Of a stretch of 64,000 nt of DNA, positions 27,064-38,126 are shown piece after piece. The notes under the pieces are model-generated. The model was given only the letters and a program-made list of their open reading frames with translations, ran no database searches and was not told where the DNA came from. Position 1 is the stretch's first letter, and every line of letters begins with the position of its first letter. Made by a program: the position numbers and the translations under genes. This DNA is from Octopus sinensis (taxonomy: Eukaryota). The stretch lies in assembly GCF_006345805.1 (NCBI RefSeq), contig NC_043012.1, positions 10,044,001 to 10,108,000 of the forward strand. Direction: 5' to 3'.

Positions 27064-27628
27064 GTCGCACATGGACACAGGATCAAAAGAGAAGTATAAT
27101 TCAAGTTATTAAGAAAAGGGCATGAAAAATGAGGTATAAGGTATGGAAACAGAGTTAGTTATTTTTTTGGTAAAGCATGAAATACTGATCAGTCTCTAGC
27201 CAATTTTCTCTCAACATTAGATTCGAACTGTTGCTGTGTCCCTTTACTAGTAAAGCTTCCAAAAGGAATAGAATTTAGTACAGGAAAAATACTTCACTTC
27301 TGGAAATGTGTTTTGCAACTCGAAATGATTTTGAGAACGTTGTGCAAACTATGGCGGTAACGAAATCGTATGAAATGTTATTGGAGGTCAATATTTTTGC
27401 TTTCAGAAATGAATTTTGCTGTGTGTGTGAGTGTATCTGCGTGTGTATGTGTCTATGTGTGTGTGTGTGTGTGTGTGTGTCTGTGTGTTCATGTGTTTCC
27501 GTGTACATATACACTTGCACCATTCACTACGTGTCGTTGCAGAGGTTTGCTGATGCATACATACATAGACACATGCATACCTATAAAGTATATAATATTC
27601 ACTAATAATGTATATGCAAATATGCATG

Positions 27629-27672
<44 letters not shown>

Positions 27673-28148
27673 TTATATATATATATATATATACAAATAA
27701 ATATTATATATATAATATATACATATACGCATATATATATATATACATATATATACATACATATACATATGTATATACAGACATACACACTTATATATGT
27801 ATGTTTGTATGTGTACCGGTGTTTATGGTCGTGTGCGCGTGTGCATGAGTGCGTATGTGCATGTATGTGTGTCTGTGTTTGTATGTCTGTGTGTGTATCA
27901 TCGGATATAATACAAAAACTCGTTATTCATGCTATCACGCATGAAAAATCCATTTCCCCATCCTGAATGCGAATGTTACTCGACATATATAAAGTAAATA
28001 ATCCCGGTAGAAAGTGATAAATCGAGTCCAATTGAAAGACAGTAAAACAACATTGCAACCGCAGATTTCTGCTAAATCGATTCATTGTTTATGCATATAA
28101 TTATATGAATATACAAAGCAAACTCGCATGCACATGCATCCAAATATA

Positions 28149-28234
<86 letters not shown>

Positions 28235-28247
28235 TATATAATATATT

Positions 28248-28690
28248 TCTATTATATAAAGTCCGTTCTGTGTGTGTGTGTCTTCTAGGATCTCGGGCAT
28301 CCTCCATCCGATTGCGCGCTCAAATTTGATATGTGCATAACAACGGTATCGGGGCGTGTATAAATCTTGAGAAAATTACAAAAATCGATTCCAGGTGAGA
28401 ATGCGTTCGATAAAGCCGTGGTAACGTGCATTTGTACGCGCAAGTACATCACCTGTTGCGATGTACTTACTGGTACTTTAAACTCTTCGGTTGCATATTT
28501 GTGTAAAAATCGCTTTTCTTTGGAATAGAAAAAAAGTCTATCTTTATTTTGCGGGTTTCTTAAATTTAGGTTAAATCAGTGTTTCTCAAAGGGGAGGCCT
28601 ATGGGACGGTTGGATAAGTTGTTTTGAGAAAATTTGGTTTAAATGTTTGACAACTCAGCACCGTCCAATGGACGCGGGGCGTTTTTCATG
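28248..28690 (+). mobile_element. Probable non-autonomous Helitron-like element
   Basis: Starts TCTATTATATAAAGTCCGTTCTGTGTGTG; subterminal hairpin CGTCC-AAT-GGACG near 28665. The 3' end is not a clean CTAG. Confidence 0.45.
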
Positions 28691-28899
28691 TATATATATA
28701 TATTCACATGTATATAGGTATGTATGCATTTGTGTATATATGATGTATATACATATATGCATATATATATTATATATATATACATATATATGTGCATATA
28801 TATATGCATATGTATATGTATATATATATATGATATATATATCTATATGTATGTGTGAGTGTGTGTGTATATGTATGAATATACATACACAGATACATA

Positions 28900-28961
<62 letters not shown>

Positions 28962-28989
28962 GGTGGTTGTCTACTCCTTATGCAGAGTT

Positions 28990-30300
28990 TGACCACTTCC
29001 TGTACCTACATCTTTGCACCATCATGGCATCTGATATGGTCTTTTAAACCAGATAATGTTCTCAAAAGACACCCATACAGATTGCACATCCGATCTGGGC
29101 CACCAAGAGCTGCAGATAAGTTCTGATCTTTGTTGATCTTAAAATGTCTTTGGAGGCATCCGTTGGATTTGAAAACCTTCTGGCATACATTGCATTCAAA
29201 GGTGTGCACAGTCATATAGGCAGAATTGTTGCTGGAAATTTATTTTCCAAAAGTTCGCAAATGAGATTTGACCCCAGCCAAAGACGGGCATGGTCTGTCA
29301 TAATCTGTGCACACAATAAGGTCATTGTCATTAACCTTCTTTCTTAGATCTCTTTCGCGTCTTACATGCGTTATTCTGGCCTCATCAAATGCTTTCACTC
29401 CACTCTACACTTTAGTTCGCCTTTCTACTCGATCCGAAGCAAGTGTCCTTATGTCTTCTGGATCAAATCCAAATGACTTCATAGTAGTCCGTATGCCGTC
29501 CTTAAACTTTATTTTAGGTTTACGCCGATAGCATTTCCCCTCTGCAAGTTCACCATAAAATAACTGGTTCGGCATGCGTTCATCCGCCATTCGAACCATA
29601 TGGAGATACCACCTCATTTAGTTCCTCAAAATCATAACTTTAACTGGCGTGGTGCTTGCTGATGCAAGGAGATCTGTGTCTTGAGTAAAAGAACTCCATC
29701 TAATGTTTAAAATGCGATGAAGGCATTTTTGGTGGAATTGTTATAATAAATTAAAATGCCTTTCATAACAAGTCCATGTTTCACAAGAGAACAACAGTGA
29801 TGGTAAGACAAATGATTTATAAAGAGCCAGCTTTGTATTATTATTTATATGTCGCTGGCACCAAACGTGTGACTCCAAGCGAACAAATGCTTTTAGTGCA
29901 CTTTGACTTCGCTGATGTATTTCTGTATCATTTTGTACAAAGCTTTCAAGGTAGATGGACGAATCGACAACCTCAAGTAAATTACCCTTATCAAAACTTT
30001 TAACGGGGTTACAAACAGCACTACACGCAGGTTGATGCATTACAACTGGTTTTTTTCAAGTTGATGGTCAAGCCAAAATCATCACAAGCTGAGTCAAATG
30101 CAGATACAAAAGATTGCAGACCTGTTTCAGAATGACTGACAAGGTTGCAATCGTCAGCGTATAAAATGTCCTGATGAGTGAAGCACGAAACCTTCGGTTT
30201 CAACTTCAGTCTTATCAGATTAAAAATATTCCCTGCTGTTCGATATTTGTAAGGAATGCTCACTTTTCTCATAGGGTTGCTTTCTATTCTGTTTTTCATA
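28990..30300 (-). mobile_element. Degenerate RTE-clade LINE: RT domain through a C-terminus with three C2H2-like fingers
   Basis: ILYADD; FGLTINLKKT; TKLALYKSFVLPSLLFSCETW; MRWYLHMVRMADERMPNQLFYGEL...KFKD; then in-frame zinc-finger-like motifs. Multiple stops and frameshifts. Confidence 0.9.
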
Positions 30301-31293
30301 AGACAAATATTAGTTGATAACTACATGTCACATTACATAATGCGTGTGCCGAATCACATGGTGGCCTTTCTTTGCATTTTTTGTGCCACATTAATATTAT
30401 TTTTATTTCATAGCAGAATTGCTATTAATTAGTGTCAAGTAGAAATGGAAATAAAAATATTTAAATAGTGTAAGAGTGTTTTATGACAGAAGGAAAAATA
30501 GATTTAACTACAACTGCTTGCCATAATATAATTATATTGCATAATGTTAATATACATTTTCTATCTGGCGGAAATATAGAAGAAATGCTGGTTATTCAAT
30601 ACTATGCATCACTGACATAATATTCTTTATCCGGCTTTTGATCTTTGCCTTAAAATGTTTGAATTAACTTTTAATGTTTTCGTATTAGTCGGGCAAATGA
30701 GATCATCCAGATAATCTGTTGATCGTGTGGCAGCTATTTTAGATTTGTCTCTAAAACGATTCTATCAGACTTGACTCAATTAAGTCATTACAACTTCTTT
30801 TCGAGATACATCATACAATATCTTGCCTCCGAAAACATTCACACAAATGGATGAAAACAAAAAATGCAAAAAATAGGTATGTAGCGAAAGAATTCTAAGC
30901 TTCTTATCAGAATATCTTTGCTTGTTTCCTTAAAGTTATAAGCCTCCTCAGGGAATAAATTGGAGATTGAAGGCATTGAGTGCATAACGAAATGTTATAT
31001 ATATGAATTGGTTACAGGGCATAGTTAAATATATATACATATATGTGTGTGTGTGTGTGTGTGATCGGTTGCGAGTGTGTGTGTATGTGTAAATACATAT
31101 ATACATCGAGGTAGCGAGAGAGGAAGGCGTATATGAGTGTGCTTATAATAGTATATCTATATATGTTTTCATATGTATGGATATGCATATATATCTATCT
31201 ATCTATCTATCTATCTAACTACATCTCCATATATATATTTGCGAGTGTGTATGTGTAACTATATATATGTGTGTGTGGTAGGGTGTATGTATG

Positions 31294-31373
<80 letters not shown>

Positions 31374-31382
31374 GTATGTATG

Positions 31383-31424
<42 letters not shown>

Positions 31425-31615
31425 ACTTCTATTTTAGGCCGCCGGAATTGTAATGTGACTGAAGGACTGCTTGGATACTCTTACGCTTTAAGTTATCTGG
31501 TAACACCTGCGATTTGAAATATGCATACGCACATTTGCATACGTATATATATATATATATGTGTGTATGTGTGTGTGAGAGTGTGTGTGTGTGTATATGT
31601 ATATGTGTGTGTGTA

Positions 31616-31657
<42 letters not shown>

Positions 31658-32359
31658 CATGTATATAGAAATCCACACTTAAATAACGTATGCGCGATAA
31701 TACATTTGCATACAAATGTTTTGCGTACACAATCCGTGGAAATGCAAAGAGTAAGTGAATTGACAATGTTGTGAATTCGGGGGAGAAAGGCAAAGATAGA
31801 GATGCAACCATCCCACATCCTTTTAAGACGTTTCACTCGTATATCTTCCTTGTCTTTTCCTCACTATCTACCCTAATCTACCCTAATCTACATATCTCTC
31901 TTCAGTTCTTTTTTTACTTTTTTCTCTATCCCTTTTTGTCTTTTTCGACCTCCCCCCCCCCCGTCTTTATCTTCTCCATACATATTCATACTTGAAAGTT
32001 AATAACCGAATTACTGCTCTGACAATATCTTTTGAAGTATTTCCATCAAATGCTCCGTATTTTGAAATGTTTTAACTGAGGAAGATCTTACGTAAAGTAC
32101 GAATTTTCTATTATTTCTATTATATATTAGGCAAATCTGAAACGTACACATTAGATAATTTCCAAATATCTCGTTGACTTCCTTATTACAAGGCGTGGCT
32201 ATTTGGAAGGAAGTTTACTTCCCAATCATAAATTTCCGGGTTCAGTCCCACTGCCGGGCACCTTGGGCGAGTATCGTCTAGAGAGCCACGGGCCGATCAA
32301 AATACTGTGAGTGGGTTTTGTAGATGGGAACTGAAAGAATCCCGTCATAGCTATCTATC

Positions 32360-32432
<73 letters not shown>

Positions 32433-32477
32433 GTAACGAGAGCGATATATATATATATCTATTATATATATATATAT

Positions 32478-33321
32478 AATGCAATACCCAATAAATACAC
32501 TGGACCCGGAGGGATTGCAATCCCAGAGGCACAATCAGTGCGTGACCTGGGTATTCACATGAGTGATGACGCGACCTTTCATGTACATGTTGCTAAACTG
32601 ACAATGAAATGTAGACGGCTGGCTGGATGGATTCTTAGAACCTTTAGAACAAGAGAACAAGAAACCATGATGGTCCTCTGGAAGACACTTGTCCTAAGCC
32701 ACTTTGACTATTGCTCTCAGCTATGGTCACCATCCAGTGTCAAGTTGATCACAGAACTTGAGGCGATCCAACGAAGCTACAACAAAAGAAGATAGCCTCT
32801 ATGCAGAATGTAAGCTACTGGGAAGACTCAAGAGATTAAAATTATATTCCCTGGAGCGTAGGCGGGAAAGATATGCCATAATATACATCTGGAAGATCCT
32901 GGAGGGAAGTGTCCTGAACTTTGGCATCGAGAGTTACGCAAATGCCAAACTGGGCGCCACTGCGTGGTGCCTAGGACTCCAAACCTGCCATCAAGATGTA
33001 GGACAAGATTCTGTGATAGCCTGGGCTTCCGAGGCCACAGCTCTTCAATATCCTCCCGAAGAACCTGAGAGACCTGCATGGGGTGGATACAGATGTCTTT
33101 AAAATGAAGCTGGATCTCTTCCTGTCAGGTGTCCCAGATGAACCAACTTCACGGCAGGAGGGGCAGATGAGGGCAGCTGCATCGAACTCTCTCATGCACC
33201 AAATAGCAGTTGCTAGAAAGCCTCCATGAAGTGAAACCAAGTAGCAACACCAAATGGCGGTGCCCCAGCATGGCCACAGCTCATAAGCTGAAACTAGAAT
33301 CAATCAATCAATCAATCAATC
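32478..33321 (+). mobile_element. 5'-truncated CR1/L2-group LINE: RT C-terminus, 3' UTR and (ATCA)n tail
   Basis: VRDLGIHMSDDATFHVHV...GWILRTFRTR...LWKTLVLSHFDYCSQLWSP...LYSLERRRERY, with frameshifts. 3' end GGCGGTGCCCCAGCATGGCCACAGCTCATAAGCTGAAACTAG followed by (ATCA)n. Confidence 0.85.
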
Positions 33322-33475
33322 ATATATAAAATAAATATAAGAGAGTGGTCACTATATGGCTCACTCTAGCACCAGTTAATCCAAAAGGTTTCAACCACAA
33401 AAATACATGTTTCCCATGAAAGTCAGTACGATTGTTAGCTCACACGGACAGGGCAAATAAAAAATAACAAAAATA

Positions 33476-33568
33476 CAGATTATTTTGGGACAATTGTTTC
33501 GCTATTAATGAATTAAATGTAATTTACTTACAAAAAAATCACTTGTAGCTCGTCAGCCGAACTATCTG
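33476..33568 (-). ncRNA. Type I hammerhead ribozyme motif (copy 1, inverted)
   Basis: Reverse complement reads CAGATAGTTCGG-CTGACGA-GCTA...TAGC-GAAAC-AATT-GTC-CCAAAATAATCTG. Core is intact; stem I is weakened (GTTCGG instead of GTTTTGG). Confidence 0.75.
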
Positions 33569-33756
33569 GATGAAATCCACTCAATCACACGCCAGATTTT
33601 ACCATAACGATAACTACACGTGTGGTTCAATTGATTACATCCGACGTTATAATTCAAATGCCCCAACTAACAGTATAACGTCGGATGTAATCAATTGAAC
33701 CACACGTGTATTTATCGTTATGGTAAAATCTGGCGTGTGATTGAGTGGATTTCATC

Positions 33757-33851
33757 CAGATAGTTTTGGCTGACGAGCTACAAGTGGATTTTTTTGTAAG
33801 TAAAATTACATTAATTCATTAATAGCGAAACAATTGTCCCAAAATAATCTG
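33757..33851 (+). ncRNA. Type I hammerhead ribozyme motif (copy 2)
   Basis: Stem I CAGATAGTTTTGG/CCAAAATAATCTG; CTGACGA at 33770-33776; stem II GCTA/TAGC with a 42-nt loop; GAAA at 33827-33830; stem III AC-AATT-GT; GTC cleavage triplet, predicted cut after 33838. Confidence 0.85.
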
Positions 33852-34288
33852 TATTTTTGTTATTTTTTATTTGCCCTGTCCGTGTGAGCTAACAATCGTA
33901 CTGACTTTCATGGGAAACATGTATTTGTGTGGGTTGAAACCTTTTGGATTAACTGGTGCTAGATGAGCCATATAGTGACCACTCTCTTATATTTATTTTG
34001 TAAAAATATTATAATATATTATAAAATATTATAATAATCCAGGTTTCTCGGAGCACTAGGCCACTTGGTGTTGAATAGATATGCTATTAAATTAGTATCT
34101 AATTCTCTCACCTTATTAATTAATTATATAAAATGCTGCATTATTTCTAAATGCAGTATTTTTTTCCGTGAAAGTTTGGCGCGCTGTTAGTTGGGGCATT
34201 TGAATTATAACGTCGGATGTAATCAATTGAACCACACGTGTATTTATCGTTATGGTAAAATCTGGCGTGTGATTGAGTGGATTTCATC

Positions 34289-34384
34289 CAGATAGTTTTG
34301 GCTGACGAGCTACAAGTGGATTTTTTTGTAAGTAAAATTACATTTAATTCATTAATAGCGAAACAATTGTCCCAAAATAATCTG
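34289..34384 (+). ncRNA. Type I hammerhead ribozyme motif (copy 3)
   Basis: Same architecture: CTGACGA at 34302-34308, GCTA/TAGC, GAAAC-AATT-GTC, predicted cut after 34371, 13-bp stem I. Confidence 0.85.
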
Positions 34385-34649
34385 TATTTTTGTTATTTTT
34401 TATTTGCCCTGTCCGTGTGAGCTAACAATCGTACTGACTTTCATGGAAACATGTATTTTTGTGGTTGAAACCTTTTGGATTAACTGGTGCTAGAGTGAGC
34501 CATATAGTGACCACTCTCTTATATTTATTTTGTAAAAATATTATAATATATTATAAAATATTATAATAATCAGTTTCTCGGAGCACTAGGCCCTTGGTGT
34601 TGAATAGATATGCTATTAAATTAGTATCTAATTCTCTCACCCTTATTAA

Positions 34650-34710
<61 letters not shown>

Positions 34711-34910
34711 ATACATGTGTATATGTCTGTGTGTTCGTCTTAGTGCCTGTGTTTGTCCTCAGCAGTGCTTGATAACCTGTGTTGGTGTGCTTACATTCCT
34801 CTATCTATCGCGTCGGCAAATGAGACCTAAGGGATAAGTACGGGTAAAATGATTTAAGGTCTGTTCCAGGATGACTACAGTCTAAATACTGAACTGGAAC
34901 TAGTAATATA

Positions 34911-35038
34911 CAGAGTGTCCACGAAGTTTGGGTACATGGAGTAAATAAAATCATAACCATAAGCAATTAAATATAAGAATTAATAATTTCTTGAAGTATG
35001 CGTTAATCCCCATGTACCCAGACTGTGTGGACACCCTG
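34911..35038. mobile_element. 128-bp Tc1/mariner-type MITE
   Basis: 29-bp TIRs (25/29 match; CAGAGTGTCCACGAAGTTTGGGTACATGG), with TA on both sides. Confidence 0.85.
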
Positions 35039-35814
35039 TATATATATAGTAATATATATATATATATACGGACACACGCACAAAAAGGCGCGCGTGGACA
35101 CACACACACACACACAACACACACACACATACACACCACATACATATATATATATATATATATATAATATATATATATAATATATATATATATATATAAT
35201 ATATATATCAACAGAGGCACAAACACACAACACACACATATATTTATGTACTGGTGTCCTCTATTTAGAAGTAGAAATTGATAAGTTTGGCGGGTTGGCG
35301 AGTATTTGAAGCTAGTTCTGGGCATCACGTTTTACGAATGCGCCGAGTCAAGGACAATGGCCATGCTGTTTTCGTGATAGCGGACATATACAAAAGGGAG
35401 TTTCTAGGCAGCTTAAGGTGAATAGATTTGCCAAACGTGTGCTTTTAAAGGTTGATGCACACCAGATAGAAAGGTTTAAGCGGTCTTCTCCGAGGGTACC
35501 GACAATAGAACCATCATAGTTGCACATTAAACAAAATAATTCTTCAATGTTATTGGGGAGTTTGGGGTGGGTGAGCAAGGAACCTAAAGGATCAGCTGCT
35601 GTTTGGGAAGTAAGAGAACTTTAGCAAAGAGAGATGCACGAAAACAACGTACACTGTCTGGATAGTGGACAAGCAAAATTTACAGCTCTAAATGACCGTC
35701 TCTCACTTTCCTGTGTGCGTTTAATTTCTTACGCTGCAGAAATGTTAAACATTTGGAATTGCTAATCCACAATCACACCACTGAGCACATATTCTACTAG
35801 TTCGTTTTACAATC

Positions 35815-35882
<68 letters not shown>

Positions 35883-35939
35883 GCGCACGCACAAACACAC
35901 ACACAAACTCCTACGTGTGTATATATATATATATATAAT

Positions 35940-36129
35940 TATAAATTAGGGTATCTACAAGATACCACCATGCTGAAAATAGTAGCCATGACCTGACTCT
36001 AAAACCACCTTAATTGTCCATATATCAACACGGAGAGAAAACAAATTATGGACAATGAAGGTGGTTTTTGAGTCAGATCATGGCTACTTTTTTCAGCATG
36101 GTGGTATATTGTAGATACTCTGATTTATA
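35940..36129. mobile_element. Fold-back MITE, ~83-bp inverted arms and ~24-bp spacer
   Basis: 35940-36022 versus the reverse complement of 36047-36129 differ at only a few positions. Confidence 0.8.
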
Positions 36130-36218
36130 ATTTTAATAATTATTATCTTCGAAGGTTATTTTTTCCATGCTGAGCACCTGATAAACTGGTTATTTTATTT
36201 TTAAATTAACGAACTTAT

Positions 36219-36283
<65 letters not shown>

Positions 36284-36394
36284 CCTTGCTTTACTCAAGT
36301 AGCATCGACAGAGGAGTTGAGTCGGCTCTACGTAATGATCTGCAAGAGCCTTGTCCCCGTCTGACGTAAGAATCACTCGAGCCGGCGTCACATA

Positions 36395-36605
36395 ATAGCG
36401 CTTGTACTGGTGCCAGGTTAACACCACCCAGTACGCTTTAAAAAGTGGTTGGCATTAGGAAGGGTATCCGATTTTAGAAACCAAGCCACATCCAGAATAA
36501 AAACCTCGTGCAACTCTTCTGCTTGCCGGCTTTGGACAAAACGTCCCACCCCATACCAGCATAGAAATCAGACGCAAAAACATGATGATGAAGATGATCT
36601 TGATG
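36395..36605 (+). mobile_element. SINE family E 3' half with a (GAT)n tail
   Basis: GTGGTTGGCATTAGGAAGGG.ATCC...CGTCC.ACCC.AT.CCAGCAT.GAAA..GACG..AAA.ATGATGATG. Confidence 0.6.
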
Positions 36606-37539
36606 ATACGTATATATAAAATGGGTAACTATGTGTATGGGTGTGTGGTGATTCATATATAATTTATATTATACTGTAGCCTTTTAGCCAGAAATCAGTC
36701 AATAACACGTAAATTTGTTCTTTAAGAACATTAATCTAAACCTATTGATTCATGCACCAAATGCTTTTAGCTAGATATTTTTGTTTTTTTTTCAGAACAA
36801 AAGTTCTGATTATTGTCAGCTCAATCCCTGCTACTCGATAAAGATAAAAAACAACAACAAAAACTGTTCTTTTCGATATATGGATGTAGATCAGTAATGT
36901 ATTTTAGAAACTATTTTTGCATCTTACATTTTATGTTTTCAGACTTTTAATCGATTTTTTTTTCTTTTCTTTTTTAATTGCCCGTCCCCTAATATTGTAA
37001 AAATGTAACTTTTAACAGTAAAACTTCAGCGATTAAAAATTAAAGAAACCTGTTAGAAAACAAATCACATTTCGATGTAATATGAAAACGTTTATAAATA
37101 AAACATTCCAAAATGGCCTTAACTGAATAAAACAAAAATGATTTCTGAAATTTCTCTATGCCATCTACTTAAAAATACGTAATGAAAATGTATATACGAC
37201 AGAAAATAATCAATAAATTCGGTCTTGATAATTTTTTTTATGCAATTTCATTTTTACTCAGCTTCTGGCATCTCTGGAATGTTTTCATTGGTTAAATTTA
37301 ACGAATATTTTGAATAAATTTTCTTTGTTAGATATAACATCATCCATATGTATTTGTTGCATGACTTTCCCATGGCATTCCTAAATTATATTAAAATTTG
37401 TATATGTATATATATATACATATATAAAAAGTGAATACATTTATTTTATCAAATTATAAAAAATAAAATACGTTTCTGTTGAGAACTGTAGGAAAGAATA
37501 TTGGTTGTGAGGATAAAGGTGATGGTGATAATGCCGCTA

Positions 37540-37650
37540 ATAATGATGATGATGACGACGACGATGCTAACGACGACGACAGCGATGCTAACGACGACGA
37601 TGCGGACGACGACGTCGATGATGGTAATGATGGCATTGATGATGATTATG
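37540..37650. repeat. (GAT/GAC)n trinucleotide low-complexity tract
   Basis: Directly visible. Confidence 0.9.
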
Positions 37651-37916
37651 CTAATTTTCCCAGTAATCACAAGTTTACAAACAAATTCGTAAAACATTAA
37701 CCGTTACACAGGTTGCTTACTAAGGTGAGCATATTGGATAAAATTGTTCCATGTGTAAGACAGGTGTACTGAGAATCTTATACAATAGTGGGGTTAAAAT
37801 TCATACATAAAAATACATAGAATAAGAACATTGTTTGAAAAATAGAAATTCACTAAGAAAAGATAAAATAACTAATACTGAAAAATATCCACTTATATTG
37901 AGATGTCACAGTACCT

Positions 37917-38126
37917 ATTTCTTTACAACCCACAAGGGGTTATACACAGAGGGGACAAACAAGGACAGACAAACGGATTAAGTCGATTACATCGACCCCA
38001 GTGCGTAACAGGTACTTAATTTATCGACCCCGAGAAGATGAAAGGCAAAGTCGACCTTTGAACGGCAGACAAAATACGGCTACGCATTTTGCCCGGCGTG
38101 CTAACGATTCTGCCAGCTCGCCGCCT
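37917..38126 (-). mobile_element. Family A SINE with an 11-bp TSD
   Basis: TCACAGTACCT at 37906-37916 and 38127-38137; the right-hand site is locally tandem-duplicated. Confidence 0.9.

Larger units (their letters stand above)
33328..34660. mobile_element. Penelope-like / retrozyme-like non-autonomous repeat: inverted arm plus two tandem copies
   Basis: 33328-33651 is the reverse complement of 33674-33999. Segment 33674-34130 is repeated directly within 34184-34660. Each copy carries a hammerhead and the last copy ends in a (TA)n tract. Confidence 0.7.
32191..34900 (+). mobile_element. Old family B SINE split by ~2.4 kb of nested insertions (head 32191-32350, tail ~34725-34900)
   Basis: Head GGGTTCAGTCCCACTG..GGCACCTTGGGC..GGAAACTGAAAGAATCCCGTC-like; tail GTGTTTGTCC..GCTTGA.AACC..GGCAAA.GAGACC..ATAAGTAC. 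Confidence 0.7.

Noticed and set aside
30173-30205. Hammerhead-like string CTGATGA-GTG(AAG)CAC-GAAA-CC(TTC)GGT
   Set aside because: No stem I can form in either topology. It is the antisense of RTE RT codons (KPKVSCFTHQD), so it is most likely chance.
33328-34660. CRISPR-like or prokaryotic repeat system
   Set aside because: No repeat-spacer periodicity and no cas or other bacterial genes. The window is eukaryotic repeat-rich DNA.
35348-35578. 76-aa minus-strand ORF behind an AG acceptor-like site as a candidate GPCR exon 2
   Set aside because: None of the three frames gives TM6/TM7 motifs (CWLP, NPxxY).
37449-37700. Poly-Asp / poly-Ser ORFs
   Set aside because: Trinucleotide low-complexity tract that is open on both strands, with no splice or domain evidence.
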